The notes under the pieces: model-generated
Databases searched by the model: none
The model's input: only the letters and a program-made list of their open reading frames with translations
What the model was told of the DNA's origin: nothing
Source of the DNA: Treponemataceae bacterium
GTDB taxonomy: Bacteria > Spirochaetota > Spirochaetia > Treponematales > Rectinemataceae
Reading direction: 5' to 3'
Assembly: GCA_963678065.2 (NCBI GenBank)
Contig: CAXXVZ010000004.1
Location: 352,001-416,000, forward strand
Length of the DNA stretch: 64,000 nt
Program-made: the position numbers and the translations under genes
Shown here: piece by piece, positions 46,699 through 57,721 of the stretch
Numbering within the stretch: position 1 is the stretch's first letter
Layout: each line of letters starts with the position of its first letter

Positions 46699-47961
46699 TC
46701 AAATATCCGGCGCGTTGGCGAGGAGGTAGTCCTCGGCCTCTTTGCACCAGAGCATGTCGTGGGCGGCGACGATGCGCGCGAGCTCGGCGTAGAAGGAACT
46801 GCGCGTGCCGAGGGAAGCGAAATCGGCGAGGGCGACGAGCTCGAGCCTCTTGTGCGTGTAGATGAGCTTCTTGCCTCCGGGAATCTTGTCGAGGTTGATG
46901 GTCGTCGACGCGGCGGAGTTGAGTCCGCCCACGTGGGTGATCATGGAGACCGGATTGAGGGTTCCCGCGGCCATCATCTCCAGGGACTCTATCATGTCGT
47001 CGGTGTTGCCGCCCGAGGTTCCGACGAGGTGGTGGGACTCGTAGTGGACGTTGTAGAAGTTGAAAGCGGCCGAGAACCCCGTGTCGGTGGGGCCGGCGAA
47101 GAAGTTGAGGCAGCCATCCGTCCCGAGAAGCTTGTCGGCCATCTCGATGAGGGGCTTCACGGGGGCGAAGACGAAGACATCGTCGAAGAGCTTGCCGCCG
47201 TTCTGTTTCTGCAGGTAGGCCACGGGGTCGGCGATTTCCTTCGTGTTCACGTAGACCAGTTCGACGCCGTTCTTCGCGGCCTCGGCCACGGTGATGATGC
47301 GCGCGGCGCGCTCCAGGCGTGCAGGATCGATGTCGGTCACGACGACGCGTTTCGCGCGGCGCGGCGCGTGGATGGCGTAGTCGATGGCGCCGAGTCCCAT
47401 GGGACCGACGCTCGCGAGCAGCGCGAGTGATCCGCCCTCCTTGATGCCCATCTCGTGAACGTAGGAGCCACCTTTGGTGTGGTACTGGGCGTGGTAGGCG
47501 CCGACGATGCAGGAAACCGGCTCGGAGAGGGAGCCCATGAAGAAGTTGTCAGCCTTGTACTCGAGGAGGCAGCCGCACTCCATGACCTCGTTCGGGATGA
47601 TGGCGTAGGTCGAGTCGCCGCCCGTGTACTCGTAGGAGTAGCCCGGCGCCCAGAGCGTGCCCTGGTAATTGAGCGCCGGCTGTATGGCGAACGTGGCCCC
47701 GGGCCTGAACTGTCCGGCCCACTTGGATCCGACTTCCTCGATGACGCCGCAGAACTCGTGGCCGATGATGACCGGGTTCTTCGCGAGTTCGTGGCGCACG
47801 CGCTTGTGCTTTTCGCCCTGCATCGCGAGCTTGTGGCTCGACATGCAGATGGAGTCGGAGACGATCCGGACGAGAATTTCGTCGTCCTTGATCGCCGGAA
47901 GCTCGAATTCCTCGAGCCTGAGGTCGTTCACGCCGTGGATGCGTACGGCTTTTGTCTTCAT
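46699..47961 (-). CDS. L-sorbose-1-phosphate reductase-like zinc-binding dehydrogenase (SorE/YggP family)
   Basis: DLRLEEFELP, VSDSICMS, GHEFCG, APGYSYEY, DGCLNFFAGP, NFYNVHY, GTSGG, PGGKKLIY. Confidence 0.85.
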   Translation of the reverse strand: MKTKAVRIHGVNDLRLEEFELPAIKDDEILVRIVSDSICMSSHKLAMQGEKHKRVRHELAKNPVIIGHEFCGVIEEVGSKWAGQFRPGATFAIQPALNYQGTLWAPGYSYEYTGGDSTYAIIPNEVMECGCLLEYKADNFFMGSLSEPVSCIVGAYHAQYHTKGGSYVHEMGIKEGGSLALLASVGPMGLGAIDYAIHAPRRAKRVVVTDIDPARLERAARIITVAEAAKNGVELVYVNTKEIADPVAYLQKQNGGKLFDDVFVFAPVKPLIEMADKLLGTDGCLNFFAGPTDTGFSAAFNFYNVHYESHHLVGTSGGNTDDMIESLEMMAAGTLNPVSMITHVGGLNSAASTTINLDKIPGGKKLIYTHKRLELVALADFASLGTRSSFYAELARIVAAHDMLWCKEAEDYLLANAPDI

Positions 47962-48039
47962 GTGCGTTCTCCTTCAGCCGGCACGATGCCGGCTTTGACC
48001 ATTCGGCCCCCTCCGGGTTTCAGTCCGGGGCCGGTCCGT

Positions 48040-49590
48040 TCAGATGCCGGAAACCCGTCCGCCCCTTCGTGCAACGAGGCCGAGCATAGCTTCCATGTAG
48101 TCCGCGAATCCGTCCAGGCCCTCCATGGGCCGGACTGACTTGTATTCTATATCGAAGTCGGATCCGAAATCCTCGAGGGGGCGTCCGGACAATGCGCTGG
48201 CTGCCGTCATCGCCGCTCCGAAGGATGTCGCCTCGGCGAGGTCGGTGATCCAGGTCGCGTTGCCGGGCAGGGCGGCCGCGAGAATGCCGCAGTAGTCGGG
48301 ATTCTTGCGGAAGCCGCCCTCGGTGAACACGTCGCTGCCGGCTTCGAGTCCCGTGCGGCCGAGAGCGACGAGGGTCTGGACAGCGAGAGAGAGGTTGAGC
48401 ACCGCCCCCGCGGTCTCAGGATCGGAAAAAAAGGCAGGAACCTTCTCCCCGCTCTCCATCGTCGCGAGGGGGAAGTCCGTCCCGCCCTCCACGGCCATGG
48501 CGCTCGAGCCCGGAAATTGTCCCGAGCCAGGGACGATCTCCGGAAGGATGAAGAGCCGTTTCTCCCGGACGATCCTCGCGTAGACGGAGGGATCGGAGCA
48601 TGCGGGCACCGGAGAGGACGTTTTCGCGATGAGATCGGTGTAGGTCCCGTACTCGAATCCGCCGAGGAATATGGCGGTCTTGACGGGCTTCAGGAAGGCC
48701 GATCGGTTGAAGAATACGACCTTGCCCAATTCGTCCGCCTTGAATCCGTACTCGGGGCAGGGGTGCATGAGGACGCACCATGTTCCCGTCGAGTTGAGGA
48801 CGAAATCGCGTCCGCCGCGCGCGACGATGTGCGGGACGAGGGAGGCGTTGGAATCGTGGATGCCCATGGTCACGATAGTGGAAGCGTCGAGGCCGAGACG
48901 GGCGGCCAGCTCGGGTTTGAGCCTTCCGAGGATGTCCTGCGATTTCCTCAAGGGGGAAGGCATCTTGTCCGCGAGACCGAGGACCCGCGCGACGGAGGAG
49001 TACTCTTCTTTTTGCCAGTCCCAGAGGTAGGTGTGACAGCCGACGTAGGTGCCCTCGGCTCCGGCCGCGCCTGAGAGCCTGTATCCCCAGTACTGGGGAT
49101 AGGAGAGCACGAGCTCCGTCCGGGCGAATTGTTCCGGGAAGCGCTCCTTCGCGAATAAAAGCCCCTTCGCGGGATTGATGAGGGCGGAGAGGACAGGCGT
49201 GCCGGTTACCGCCTGGAGCGCCTCGGGCTTTCCGGTCAGGTCGTAGAAACGCTTCTGGAACTCCGGTCCGGGCTCGTAGGTGTAATAGACGCAGGGCAGG
49301 CAGGGCTTCCCGTCCGCGCCGAGGCAGACCATGGTGGCGCCGTGCGTCGAAACCGCGATGGCGCGGATCGGATAGCGCTCTGCGAAATCGGCGAGCATTT
49401 CGAGGAACCAGTCCTCCATGCCCGCGAGATCGTGGGTTTCGATATCCCCCAGCATGACCGGCTCGAAGGTCCTCGACACGGAGGCGAGACAGTGCGGCTT
49501 GACGCCTTGTCCGGCTGAGTCCGGCCATTCGTAGATGGCGACCTTCTTGTTGGTCATGCCTATGTCGATGACGGCGATGATGTGGCTCAT
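48040..49590 (-). CDS. FGGY-like carbohydrate kinase
   Basis: VIDIGMTNKK, STHGAT, GCHTYLWD, GIHDSNASL, STGTW, EGGF. Confidence 0.82.
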   Translation of the reverse strand: MSHIIAVIDIGMTNKKVAIYEWPDSAGQGVKPHCLASVSRTFEPVMLGDIETHDLAGMEDWFLEMLADFAERYPIRAIAVSTHGATMVCLGADGKPCLPCVYYTYEPGPEFQKRFYDLTGKPEALQAVTGTPVLSALINPAKGLLFAKERFPEQFARTELVLSYPQYWGYRLSGAAGAEGTYVGCHTYLWDWQKEEYSSVARVLGLADKMPSPLRKSQDILGRLKPELAARLGLDASTIVTMGIHDSNASLVPHIVARGGRDFVLNSTGTWCVLMHPCPEYGFKADELGKVVFFNRSAFLKPVKTAIFLGGFEYGTYTDLIAKTSSPVPACSDPSVYARIVREKRLFILPEIVPGSGQFPGSSAMAVEGGTDFPLATMESGEKVPAFFSDPETAGAVLNLSLAVQTLVALGRTGLEAGSDVFTEGGFRKNPDYCGILAAALPGNATWITDLAEATSFGAAMTAASALSGRPLEDFGSDFDIEYKSVRPMEGLDGFADYMEAMLGLVARRGGRVSGI

Positions 49591-49606
49591 GTATCGGATA
49601 CTCCTG

Positions 49607-50869
49607 TCAGTTCAGCATGACCTGTCCGCCGGTGACCGGCAAGGCCTGTCCGGTTTCATATTCCTGATCTACAAGGTAATAAATCGCGCGCATGACGTCA
49701 GGTCCCGTGCAGCCTCTTCCCATGGGAACTTTGGCCTCGTAGAAGGCCTTGACGTCGGCGATGGTTTTCGCGCCGGGGACCTTGCCCGCCTCGAGGTACT
49801 GGACGAAGAGTCCTCGGACGGGATCGGACCAGAGGGGGCCGTCGAAGAAGTTGCCGGGGCAGATCGCGTTCACTTTGATTCCGAATTCGACGAGTTCGAG
49901 GGCGAAGCTCTGCACGAGCCCGATCGAGCCGAACTTGGAGCCGGCGTAGGAGGCGTTCTTGTTGGATCCCTGCAGTCCCGATTTGGAATTGATCTGGATG
50001 ATATCGGTCGGCCTCTTGCCGGAGGTCCTGCTCTGGGCGCGCATGGTGAGCCCCGCGTGCTTCGTGACGAGCATGAACGCGGTGTAGTTGACGTCCGTGA
50101 CGAACTTGAAGGCGCCGAGTTCCTGCTCGAGAACGGAGGATGCCTTGAGGACGCCGGCGTTGCTGACGACGAGGTCTATCCCTCCCGCCTCGACCGCGAT
50201 GGTCCCGAACATGGCCTTCACCGAGGCTTCGTCCGCCACGTTCACGGCGATGGCCGCGGCGACTTCCCTGCCCTGTTCCGCATTGAGGGTTCCGGCGAGG
50301 CGACGTGCACCCTCGAAGTTCATGTCTGCGATGAAAACGTAGGCTCCGGAGGACGCGAGGCCCCGCACGATCTCCTCGCCGAAGCCCTGGGCGCCGCCCG
50401 TCACACAGGCGATCCTGCCCTCGACGACGCGGGAGCGGCCAGAGGCAGAAGCCGCATTGCCCGACCGGAGCCTTGAGTCGGCACAGGAGTCCCAGAAAGC
50501 CACATCGCCTCTCGTGGCGCGCGCGCGGGCGGCTTCCATGGAAAGCCCTGCGTAGAAGGAGATGCTCCCCTCCTCAGTCCCGAGGCTCAAGCCTCCGGGA
50601 AGATGTTCAGGTCCCGCGCCCATCTTCGCGAAAGCGGAGACGAGTTCGGAGGCGGCTTCCTTCCCGGAAAGATTTGTCAGCGAGATGAGGGCCGGACCCT
50701 CCGCGATCGGGTCGTCCGCGATCGGACCCTCCGCGACCTGGCCCTGCCCGTCCCGCCCCCGAGCGGCCGGAGCCTCGCCAGGGACTACGAAGACGGGCAT
50801 CCCTGCGGCCCCGAGATAGAGGCCGCGCACGAGGGGCGCATATGTGGCGAGAGTCTGTGTATCAGTCAT
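49607..50869 (-). CDS. SDR oxidoreductase, sorbitol-6-phosphate 2-dehydrogenase (SrlD)-like, with an N-terminal extension of about 145 aa
   Basis: VTGGAQGFG, SNAGV, QINSKSG, YAGSKFG, KVPMGRGC, TGQALPVTGGQVM. Confidence 0.85.
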   Translation of the reverse strand: MTDTQTLATYAPLVRGLYLGAAGMPVFVVPGEAPAARGRDGQGQVAEGPIADDPIAEGPALISLTNLSGKEAASELVSAFAKMGAGPEHLPGGLSLGTEEGSISFYAGLSMEAARARATRGDVAFWDSCADSRLRSGNAASASGRSRVVEGRIACVTGGAQGFGEEIVRGLASSGAYVFIADMNFEGARRLAGTLNAEQGREVAAAIAVNVADEASVKAMFGTIAVEAGGIDLVVSNAGVLKASSVLEQELGAFKFVTDVNYTAFMLVTKHAGLTMRAQSRTSGKRPTDIIQINSKSGLQGSNKNASYAGSKFGSIGLVQSFALELVEFGIKVNAICPGNFFDGPLWSDPVRGLFVQYLEAGKVPGAKTIADVKAFYEAKVPMGRGCTGPDVMRAIYYLVDQEYETGQALPVTGGQVMLN

Positions 50870-52293
50870 CTGAGCCTTCCTTCCGCGACGAGGGCGGCGA
50901 TATCCGCAACCACAGCTGGTTGCCGGGGGTCGAGCATGCGGCCGGCCACCGCGTAGATGGCGAGGCGATCGGCGAGACTTCTGTCCGCGAGCGGATTGTC
51001 GGCCCTGAAGAGGCCGAGCCGCGGATCGGCGGAGGCAAGTTTTTCATGGGCCACCAGCGCCCAGGTCGTATCGACGAGGTGGGCGAACTCAGGCCGCCGA
51101 AGCTCGGGGCAGTTGAAGGTCTGCCTCGGCTGGTTGATGTCGACGCCGGAAATTTCCATGAAGTCGTGCTTCGCGCAGAGCGCCTTCACACGCCCGAGCT
51201 GGGCGGAGGTGTTGCGCGGCGGCATGTAGGTCACGGCGAGATATCCCAGCTTCCCGAGCTCGACGAAGAGCTCGTCGAGATAATCGTCCTCGAACTTCTC
51301 GGCCTTCTTGTCGCCCGTGGGAGATTCGCCGACATCGCCCAAGTAGGCGTAGGCGGGAATCGCTCCGATGGAGCGGGCGAAGGCGACGGCCTCGCGGACG
51401 GGGATGCATTCGCTCTCGTCGGGCTGGATGAAAATTCTGTCCAGGAAACCTGTCTTGAGCACGTTGATGAGGTCGTAGACGGCGATGGCGTTGGCCGGGT
51501 CGGAGAGGAGGGCGGCGACCTTGGATGTCACCTTTATCCCGAAATCCTTTTCAAGCCCGGCGACGAGGCCCCTGCCATGTCCGGCGGTATCGGTGGCGGT
51601 CCCCGGAGCGTCATAGTGCGCGATCATGCGCCCGGCCACCGCCCGGCAGAGGTGGCGCTCGGTAATGCCACCGCCCTCGGAGGCCATCGAGAGGGGGAGG
51701 ATGTCCTTTTCCATGGAGATGCCGGGGATGCCGGCGGCTTCGAGAAGATGGCTCGCAGCCGCCGCCATAGCGACAGTCCGCATGTTGCGCCTCGCGCGTA
51801 TGGGCGCAAGGAAGGCGTCGAGCCTGTCGATGTTGTACGCGGGCACGCCCTGGATCGTCATGTAGACGATGCCGGCCGAGTCCGGATTGTTGATCTTGCG
51901 CGAGGCGAAGGGGCTCATCCCTCCATCGGCCGCCTCGCGGAAACTGACCCTGAGTTCGCAGCCGGTGACCCCGCCGAGGCCCAGGACGGCGCAGGCTTCC
52001 GTCATCTCGCGGGCGGCGGAGATCGAATCGTGGTCGACGGAGCCCGCCACTTCCAGCCCGGCCTCGAAGGCGCGCAGGGCGGCCATCGAGGGCGTGTAAG
52101 GGCTGAAGCTGTAGATCGTGTGGATGTGGTTGTTGACTTCCGCGCCCGGCGCCGCGGCTGCGGGCGCGGGAACCCTCAGGGCCAGGCCGGTGTCGACGTA
52201 GGATCGAAGGGCGGCGCAGCGATCCCGGGGACTGAGCCCGGAATCATTGATTCTGAGACGCAGAGCCTCGGCCGTCATGTCGCCCTCACTCAC
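50866..52293 (-). CDS. PHP-domain metal-dependent phosphoesterase
   Basis: NNHIHTIYS, VDHDS, GCEL, YAYLGD, ISGVD. Confidence 0.8.
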   Translation of the reverse strand: MSEGDMTAEALRLRINDSGLSPRDRCAALRSYVDTGLALRVPAPAAAAPGAEVNNHIHTIYSFSPYTPSMAALRAFEAGLEVAGSVDHDSISAAREMTEACAVLGLGGVTGCELRVSFREAADGGMSPFASRKINNPDSAGIVYMTIQGVPAYNIDRLDAFLAPIRARRNMRTVAMAAAASHLLEAAGIPGISMEKDILPLSMASEGGGITERHLCRAVAGRMIAHYDAPGTATDTAGHGRGLVAGLEKDFGIKVTSKVAALLSDPANAIAVYDLINVLKTGFLDRIFIQPDESECIPVREAVAFARSIGAIPAYAYLGDVGESPTGDKKAEKFEDDYLDELFVELGKLGYLAVTYMPPRNTSAQLGRVKALCAKHDFMEISGVDINQPRQTFNCPELRRPEFAHLVDTTWALVAHEKLASADPRLGLFRADNPLADRSLADRLAIYAVAGRMLDPRQPAVVADIAALVAEGRLR

Positions 52294-52305
52294 GGGTAGC
52301 TCCTT

Positions 52306-54762
52306 TTAGAGACCAGTCCTCGCCCTGCGGGCGAGATCCATGGCTGTCTGGACTGTGGTCGGCACGTGGCCGGCGAGGGGCATGATTCTCTCATGGATCG
52401 TGTCGACGATCCAGTCCTTCTGCGGGAAGTAGAGCTGCTCCATCTCCGCGGCCGGCGTGATCCAGTTGCGGCTGCCGACCACGGCGACGGGTGCGTCGAG
52501 GTAATCGAAGGCGAACTGTGTCACGTTGGATGCCACGGTGTGCATGAAGCTGCCGCGCTCGCAGGAGTCGCTCGCGAGCACGAGCTTGCCGGTTTTCTTC
52601 ACGGACTCGAGGAGGACGGAGTAGTCGAGGGGCGCGATGAAGCGCAGGTCGACGACCTCGACCGAGAGACCGTACTTGTCCTCGAGGAGCTTCGCGGTGT
52701 CCATGGCGCGGTAGAGGGTGGCACCCAAGGTCGCGATGGTGAGGTCTTTGCCGGTCTTGCGCACGGCGCTCTGTCCCTCGGGTATCTCGTAGTAGCCCGC
52801 GGGCACGCCGCTCTTCTCGAATTGCTCGCCCACATCGTAGAGGAGCTGGCTCTCGAAGAAGATGACGGGGTCGGTGCCGCGCAGGGCGAGGTTCAGCATT
52901 CCCTTGGCGTCGTAGGGCGTGGCGGGGAAGTAGGCCTTGAGGCCCGGAACATGGGCGACGAAGGCCGACCAGTCCTGGCTGTGCTGGGCGCCGTACTTGT
53001 TGCCGACGGAGACGCGCACCGTCAGCGGCATCTTGAGGAGACCGGCCGACATGGACTGCCACTTGGAGGCCTGGTTGAATATCTCGTCCCCGGCGCGGCC
53101 CATGAAGTCGCAGTACATGAGTTCGACGACGGCGCGTCCGCCCGAGAGCGCGTAGCCGACGCCCGAGCCGACGATGGCTCCCTCGGAGATCGGGCTGTTG
53201 AAGAGCCTGTGGTAGGGAAGCGCCTCGGTGAGGCCGCGGTAGACGGCGAAGGCGCCGCCCCAGTCGCGGTTTTCCTCGCCCCAGGCGGCCATGGTCGGGT
53301 CGATCGCGAAACGGTGGATCATCGCCTCGAAGAGGGCGTCGCGGTACTGGAAGAGCTTGTTCTTGGAGACGGGCTTGCCCTCGGCGTCGAAGGCGTAGCG
53401 GACCTTTCCGGCAAGGGCCTTGACTCTGGCATTCTCGGCGGGGTCGCCGAGAAGCTCGGGCGCGCGCTCGTCGAGCTTTTCGGCTTTCGTGTTGGAGAAC
53501 ATGACGGATTCGATGAAGGCGCCGTTGACGCGCGGGCACTCGGCCTCGTTCGTGGCGAGCCTGACGACCGAGTCGAGTTTCTCGAAAATGGCTTTCCGCG
53601 CGGTGTCGAGTTCGTCGCGGGTCGCGACCTTGTTCGCGATGAGGTAATCGGCGTAGGACGTGATGGAATCGGTCGACTGCCAGAGCTCGACCTCTTCCTT
53701 GCTGCGGTAGCTCGAGGCGTCGGAGGGCGAGTGACCCGACACGCGGTAGGTGATGGTGTCCAGGAGCACAGGGCCGCGTCCCTCGAGGAGAATCTTCTTC
53801 TTGCGCCCGACGGCTTCGGCGACGGCGAGGGGATTGTAGCCGTCCACGCGCTCGGAGTGCATGTTCTCGGGGTTGACGCCGGCGCCGACGCGGGCGAGGA
53901 CCTGGTAGCCCATGGTCTCGCCATTGGTCTGGCCGCCCATGCCGTAGAAGTTGTTGAAGAAGTTGAAAAGGATGGGCGGAGCGCCGCCGACATCCTTGTC
54001 CCAGAGTTTGCGGTACTGATCCATGGCCGCCAGGCTCATGGCTTCCCAGACGGGGCCGCAGCCCATGGACGCGTCGCCGATGTTGGACACGACGATGCCG
54101 GGCTTGCGGTTGATCCTCTTGAAGAGGGCGGAGCCCGTCGCGATGTCGGCCGAGCCGCCGACTATGGCGTTGTTCGGCATCGATCCGAAGGGCGTGAAGA
54201 AGGCGTGCATGGAGCCGCCAAGGCCGCGGTTGAAGCCGGCCTTGCGCGCGAAGATTTCGGCGAGGGTGCCGAAAAGGATGAAGTTCTCCGCGCGGTCGGC
54301 CAGGTTTTTCGCGGGGATCTTGTCGACGAGTTTCAGGGTTTCGCCGTCGAGGAATTTCTCCATGACGGAGATGAGCTCGTTCTCCGGCAACAGGCGCGAG
54401 GCCGAGAGGCATTTGGCGAGGATTTCGCCGTGGCTGCGGTGCGAGCCGAAGATGAAGTCATCGGGCAGAAGGGCGGCGCACTGTCCGACCGAGGCCGCTT
54501 CCTGGCCGATGGAGAGGTGGGCGGGGCCCTTGTGGTTGTACTCGATGCCGTTCCAGGCGCCCATGGTCTTGAAGGTGTTGAGCATGGTCTCGAACTCGCG
54601 GATGTAGACCATGTCGAGCCAGATTTGCTTCAATTTTCCGGCGCCGAAAGTTTTCAGCTCCTTCTTGAAATCGCTCTTGTAGCTGTTGACTGGAATGTCG
54701 GCGATTTTGAGGGTCGAGGGTTTCCGCACATCGGCGGGGTCGACAAGTATCGATTTTGGCAT
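52306..54762 (-). CDS. Fused alpha/beta E1 component of a 2-oxoacid/acetoin dehydrogenase-type complex (TPP-dependent)
   Basis: [27 protein letters not shown] motif, TYRVSGHS; beta part [22 protein letters not shown]. Confidence 0.92.
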   Translation of the reverse strand: MPKSILVDPADVRKPSTLKIADIPVNSYKSDFKKELKTFGAGKLKQIWLDMVYIREFETMLNTFKTMGAWNGIEYNHKGPAHLSIGQEAASVGQCAALLPDDFIFGSHRSHGEILAKCLSASRLLPENELISVMEKFLDGETLKLVDKIPAKNLADRAENFILFGTLAEIFARKAGFNRGLGGSMHAFFTPFGSMPNNAIVGGSADIATGSALFKRINRKPGIVVSNIGDASMGCGPVWEAMSLAAMDQYRKLWDKDVGGAPPILFNFFNNFYGMGGQTNGETMGYQVLARVGAGVNPENMHSERVDGYNPLAVAEAVGRKKKILLEGRGPVLLDTITYRVSGHSPSDASSYRSKEEVELWQSTDSITSYADYLIANKVATRDELDTARKAIFEKLDSVVRLATNEAECPRVNGAFIESVMFSNTKAEKLDERAPELLGDPAENARVKALAGKVRYAFDAEGKPVSKNKLFQYRDALFEAMIHRFAIDPTMAAWGEENRDWGGAFAVYRGLTEALPYHRLFNSPISEGAIVGSGVGYALSGGRAVVELMYCDFMGRAGDEIFNQASKWQSMSAGLLKMPLTVRVSVGNKYGAQHSQDWSAFVAHVPGLKAYFPATPYDAKGMLNLALRGTDPVIFFESQLLYDVGEQFEKSGVPAGYYEIPEGQSAVRKTGKDLTIATLGATLYRAMDTAKLLEDKYGLSVEVVDLRFIAPLDYSVLLESVKKTGKLVLASDSCERGSFMHTVASNVTQFAFDYLDAPVAVVGSRNWITPAAEMEQLYFPQKDWIVDTIHERIMPLAGHVPTTVQTAMDLARRARTGL

Positions 54763-54826
54763 TGCTATCCTCCGTTATACTGTTGTGTGCGTGGGCCCTT
54801 CTACCAGGGAAGTCCCGCGCTCTTTA

Positions 54827-56197
54827 TCAATGGGCCATCGCCCAGGCCGCTTCGCGTATCGCTTCGCAGACCGAGGGGTGGGGAAAAATCATCTGGCGCA
54901 GGTCGGCGACGCTCATCTGTTGCTCGATGACCGGAGCGGCGCCCCAGATCATCTCGCTCGCGTAGGATCCGACGACGTGGACACCGAGCACCCGCTCCGT
55001 GCCGGCCTCGACGATCAGCTTCACGCCTCCCGGAGCCGCGAAGCCGTTCTCGGCCGCGAAGCGTCCGGAGACGCGCAGCGGGAGCGAGGAGGTCTTCACC
55101 GCGATGCCGCGGGCGGCCGCTTCCTGCTCGGTGATGCCGATGCCGGCCGCCTCCGGTATTCCGTAGACGGCCCAGGGAACGGCGTCGTAGCGCATGCGGT
55201 CAGCGCCCTTCGCGGCACCGCCGCCTGAGAGTATGTCGGTCACGGCGACTTCGGCCATGCGGTAGGCCGAGTGCGCGAGGAGGCTCTTGCCGGTAACGTC
55301 GCCTATCGCCCAGACACCGGGCAGATTCGTGCGCATGCGCTCGTCGACGATGATTCCTTTCGGCGTCATGTCGAGTCCGGCCTCCTGACCGCCCCAGCCC
55401 GAGAGATTGGGCCTGCGGCCGACGGCCATGAGGACGAGGTCGGCGGGGCTTTTCGCCTCCTGGCCATCCTTGGTCCGGTAGGCGACGGTCCCGCCTTCGA
55501 TGCGCTCGACCCTGCAGCCGAGCTTGAAGGAGACGGCTTTCATCGCACGGCGCAGTATGGGCGCGTGCTCCTTGTCCATGAAGGGCACGATCTCGTCCAT
55601 CATCTCGACGACCTCGACCTTGGAGCCGAGGGCGGAGAAGAGGCTCGCGAACTCGACGCCGATCACGCCGCCGCCGATCACGCAGAGCGAGGCCGGCACC
55701 TGGCCGATGGCGAGAAGTCCCGTGGAGTCGACGACGGCCGGATTGTCCTTCGCGCCGGGAATCGGCGGCATGACGGGCGAGGAACCCGTCGCGAGGATGA
55801 CGGCGGCCGCCCCGTGGACGACGCCGTTTACTTCGACCTTTCCCGACCCGACGAGCCGGCCGGTCGCCTGCACCACCTCGACGCCGAGCTTCTTCTCGGT
55901 GAGGGCGATGGCGCCGCGCAGCTTCTCGACCACTTCGGTCTTCCACGCCTGCATCGCGCTCCAGTCGAAGCTGACGCCCTCGGCTTTGACACCGAACCTG
56001 GCGCCTTCCTTTGCGTGCAGGTAGTACTTGGCGGAGTTGAGGAGAGTCTTGGTGGGAACGCATCCCACGTTGAGGCAGGTGCCCCCGAGGTACTCCTTCT
56101 CGACGAGAAGGACCTTTTTGCCTTTTTCCCCGAGGCGCTCGGCGGCGACATACCCGCCCGGCCCGCCTCCGAGGATTATGACATCATACTTGTTCAT
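54827..56197 (-). CDS. lpdA: Dihydrolipoyl dehydrogenase (E3)
   Basis: GGGPGGY, GGTCLNVGCVPTK, GGGVIGVE, LLAH, HPSVCE. Confidence 0.93.
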   Translation of the reverse strand: MNKYDVIILGGGPGGYVAAERLGEKGKKVLLVEKEYLGGTCLNVGCVPTKTLLNSAKYYLHAKEGARFGVKAEGVSFDWSAMQAWKTEVVEKLRGAIALTEKKLGVEVVQATGRLVGSGKVEVNGVVHGAAAVILATGSSPVMPPIPGAKDNPAVVDSTGLLAIGQVPASLCVIGGGVIGVEFASLFSALGSKVEVVEMMDEIVPFMDKEHAPILRRAMKAVSFKLGCRVERIEGGTVAYRTKDGQEAKSPADLVLMAVGRRPNLSGWGGQEAGLDMTPKGIIVDERMRTNLPGVWAIGDVTGKSLLAHSAYRMAEVAVTDILSGGGAAKGADRMRYDAVPWAVYGIPEAAGIGITEQEAAARGIAVKTSSLPLRVSGRFAAENGFAAPGGVKLIVEAGTERVLGVHVVGSYASEMIWGAAPVIEQQMSVADLRQMIFPHPSVCEAIREAAWAMAH

Positions 56198-56213
56198 TTT
56201 TTCCACATCTCCT

Positions 56214-57659
56214 TCACACGAGCATCACGATGTCTATGTTCGCGATGTAGTCCCCGAGGTCCTTGAGGAAGCGGGCGGCGTCCGCCCCGTCGACGACGCG
56301 GTGGTCGACCGTGAGCGAGAATCCGATCCGCATCTCCGCGCCCACGGTCCCGTCTTTGGAGATGGTCGGCCTGGGCACGATGGCGTCCACGCCGAGGATT
56401 CCCGTCTCGGGCTCGTTGAGGATGGGCGTGAAGCTCTCGATGCCGAAAGCCCCCAGGTTGGTGACTGTGAAAGTCGAGCCGGAGAGCAGGTCGGGGTTGG
56501 GAGAACCGGCCACGCAGTCGCCGGCGAGCTTTTTGGAACGCTCGGAGAAGGCGCGAAGCGAGAGGGATTCGGCGCCGCGGATGACCGGGACCATGAGGCC
56601 GCGCGGCGTATCCACGGCGAGGCCGAGGTGGACACGCCCGAAGCTGCGGACCGCGCCGTCCACGACGTGGGCGTTGATCCGGGGGTACTTCGCGAGGACC
56701 CTCGTGGCGGCGAAGGCAACGAGGTCGCCGATCGTCACGCCGGAAAGGCCCAGGGCGGGGTCGGAGTTCTTGAGGCGGTTGCGCATGGAAAGAAGGCGCT
56801 CCGCCGGAGCGCTCGCGTTGAAAGTGAGCTGGGCGCTGGCCTGGAGCGAATGCATCATGCGGTCAGCGATGATTTTCCTGATGCTCTTGATCGGAGTCTC
56901 CGCGTAGGGGCCGGGGAAATCCGCGTCCCCGGCACCGCCGGTGACGCCTGCGACCGCAAAGGGAGCCGTGGTCGCGGCTGTGACAGCAGAGACCGCGGCA
57001 GGAGCGGCGGCAGCGGCGGCAGCGGCGAAGTCAGCGACGCCCGCCCGTCCACCGAAGGCCGTTCCGGCTCCGGGAACAGCGGCACCCTTCGTCGCGAGGA
57101 CGCGCGCCGCGGCCGTGAGCTCAGGCCTCTTCCCGAGAGCCGCCTTGATGTCGCGCTCGATGATGCGTCCGCCGGGACCGGAACCCGGGATGCCGGCGAG
57201 GGGAAGTCCCTCGCCGGCCGCGAGGTTGCGGGCCCTGGGGCTCGCAAAACCGACCGCGGCCGCCCCGGCTTCCGCCTGAGCGGCGGGCGGGTTTGTCCCC
57301 GCGGATGCGGGAGCGGAGCCTTCGGCAGCTGGAGCGGACATCTCGAGCCGGGCTTGCGCCTCCGACGGCGCGCCCGCAGCGGGAGCGCCGTCTTTGCCCA
57401 CAAGGGATGCCCAATCCTCTCCGCTCTTCCCGATCACCGCGATCGGCTGCAGAACGGGAACATCATCCCCCTCGGGATGAAGAATCTTGAGGACGACGCC
57501 ATCCGCTCCGGCAGGGACCTCGAAGCTCGCCTTGTCGGTCTCGACCTCGCAAATCGGCTGCGAGGCGGCGACAGCCTGCCCCTCAGCGACCTTCCAGCCC
57601 ACGATCACGCAGGATTCGACCGTATTCCCCTGCCTGGGCATAATCACAACATGTGCCAC
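56214..57659 (-). CDS. Dihydrolipoamide acyltransferase (E2), one lipoyl domain
   Basis: EVETDKA lipoyl-Lys, ASPRAR..GSGPGGRI E3-binding, DHRVVDG catalytic. Confidence 0.92.
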   Translation of the reverse strand: MAHVVIMPRQGNTVESCVIVGWKVAEGQAVAASQPICEVETDKASFEVPAGADGVVLKILHPEGDDVPVLQPIAVIGKSGEDWASLVGKDGAPAAGAPSEAQARLEMSAPAAEGSAPASAGTNPPAAQAEAGAAAVGFASPRARNLAAGEGLPLAGIPGSGPGGRIIERDIKAALGKRPELTAAARVLATKGAAVPGAGTAFGGRAGVADFAAAAAAAAPAAVSAVTAATTAPFAVAGVTGGAGDADFPGPYAETPIKSIRKIIADRMMHSLQASAQLTFNASAPAERLLSMRNRLKNSDPALGLSGVTIGDLVAFAATRVLAKYPRINAHVVDGAVRSFGRVHLGLAVDTPRGLMVPVIRGAESLSLRAFSERSKKLAGDCVAGSPNPDLLSGSTFTVTNLGAFGIESFTPILNEPETGILGVDAIVPRPTISKDGTVGAEMRIGFSLTVDHRVVDGADAARFLKDLGDYIANIDIVMLV

Positions 57660-57721
57660 CTTCTACCTCCACACGTGATCCCGTTCCGCGTCCTGCGCTC
57701 TTGCGCGGGACATGGGGTACT

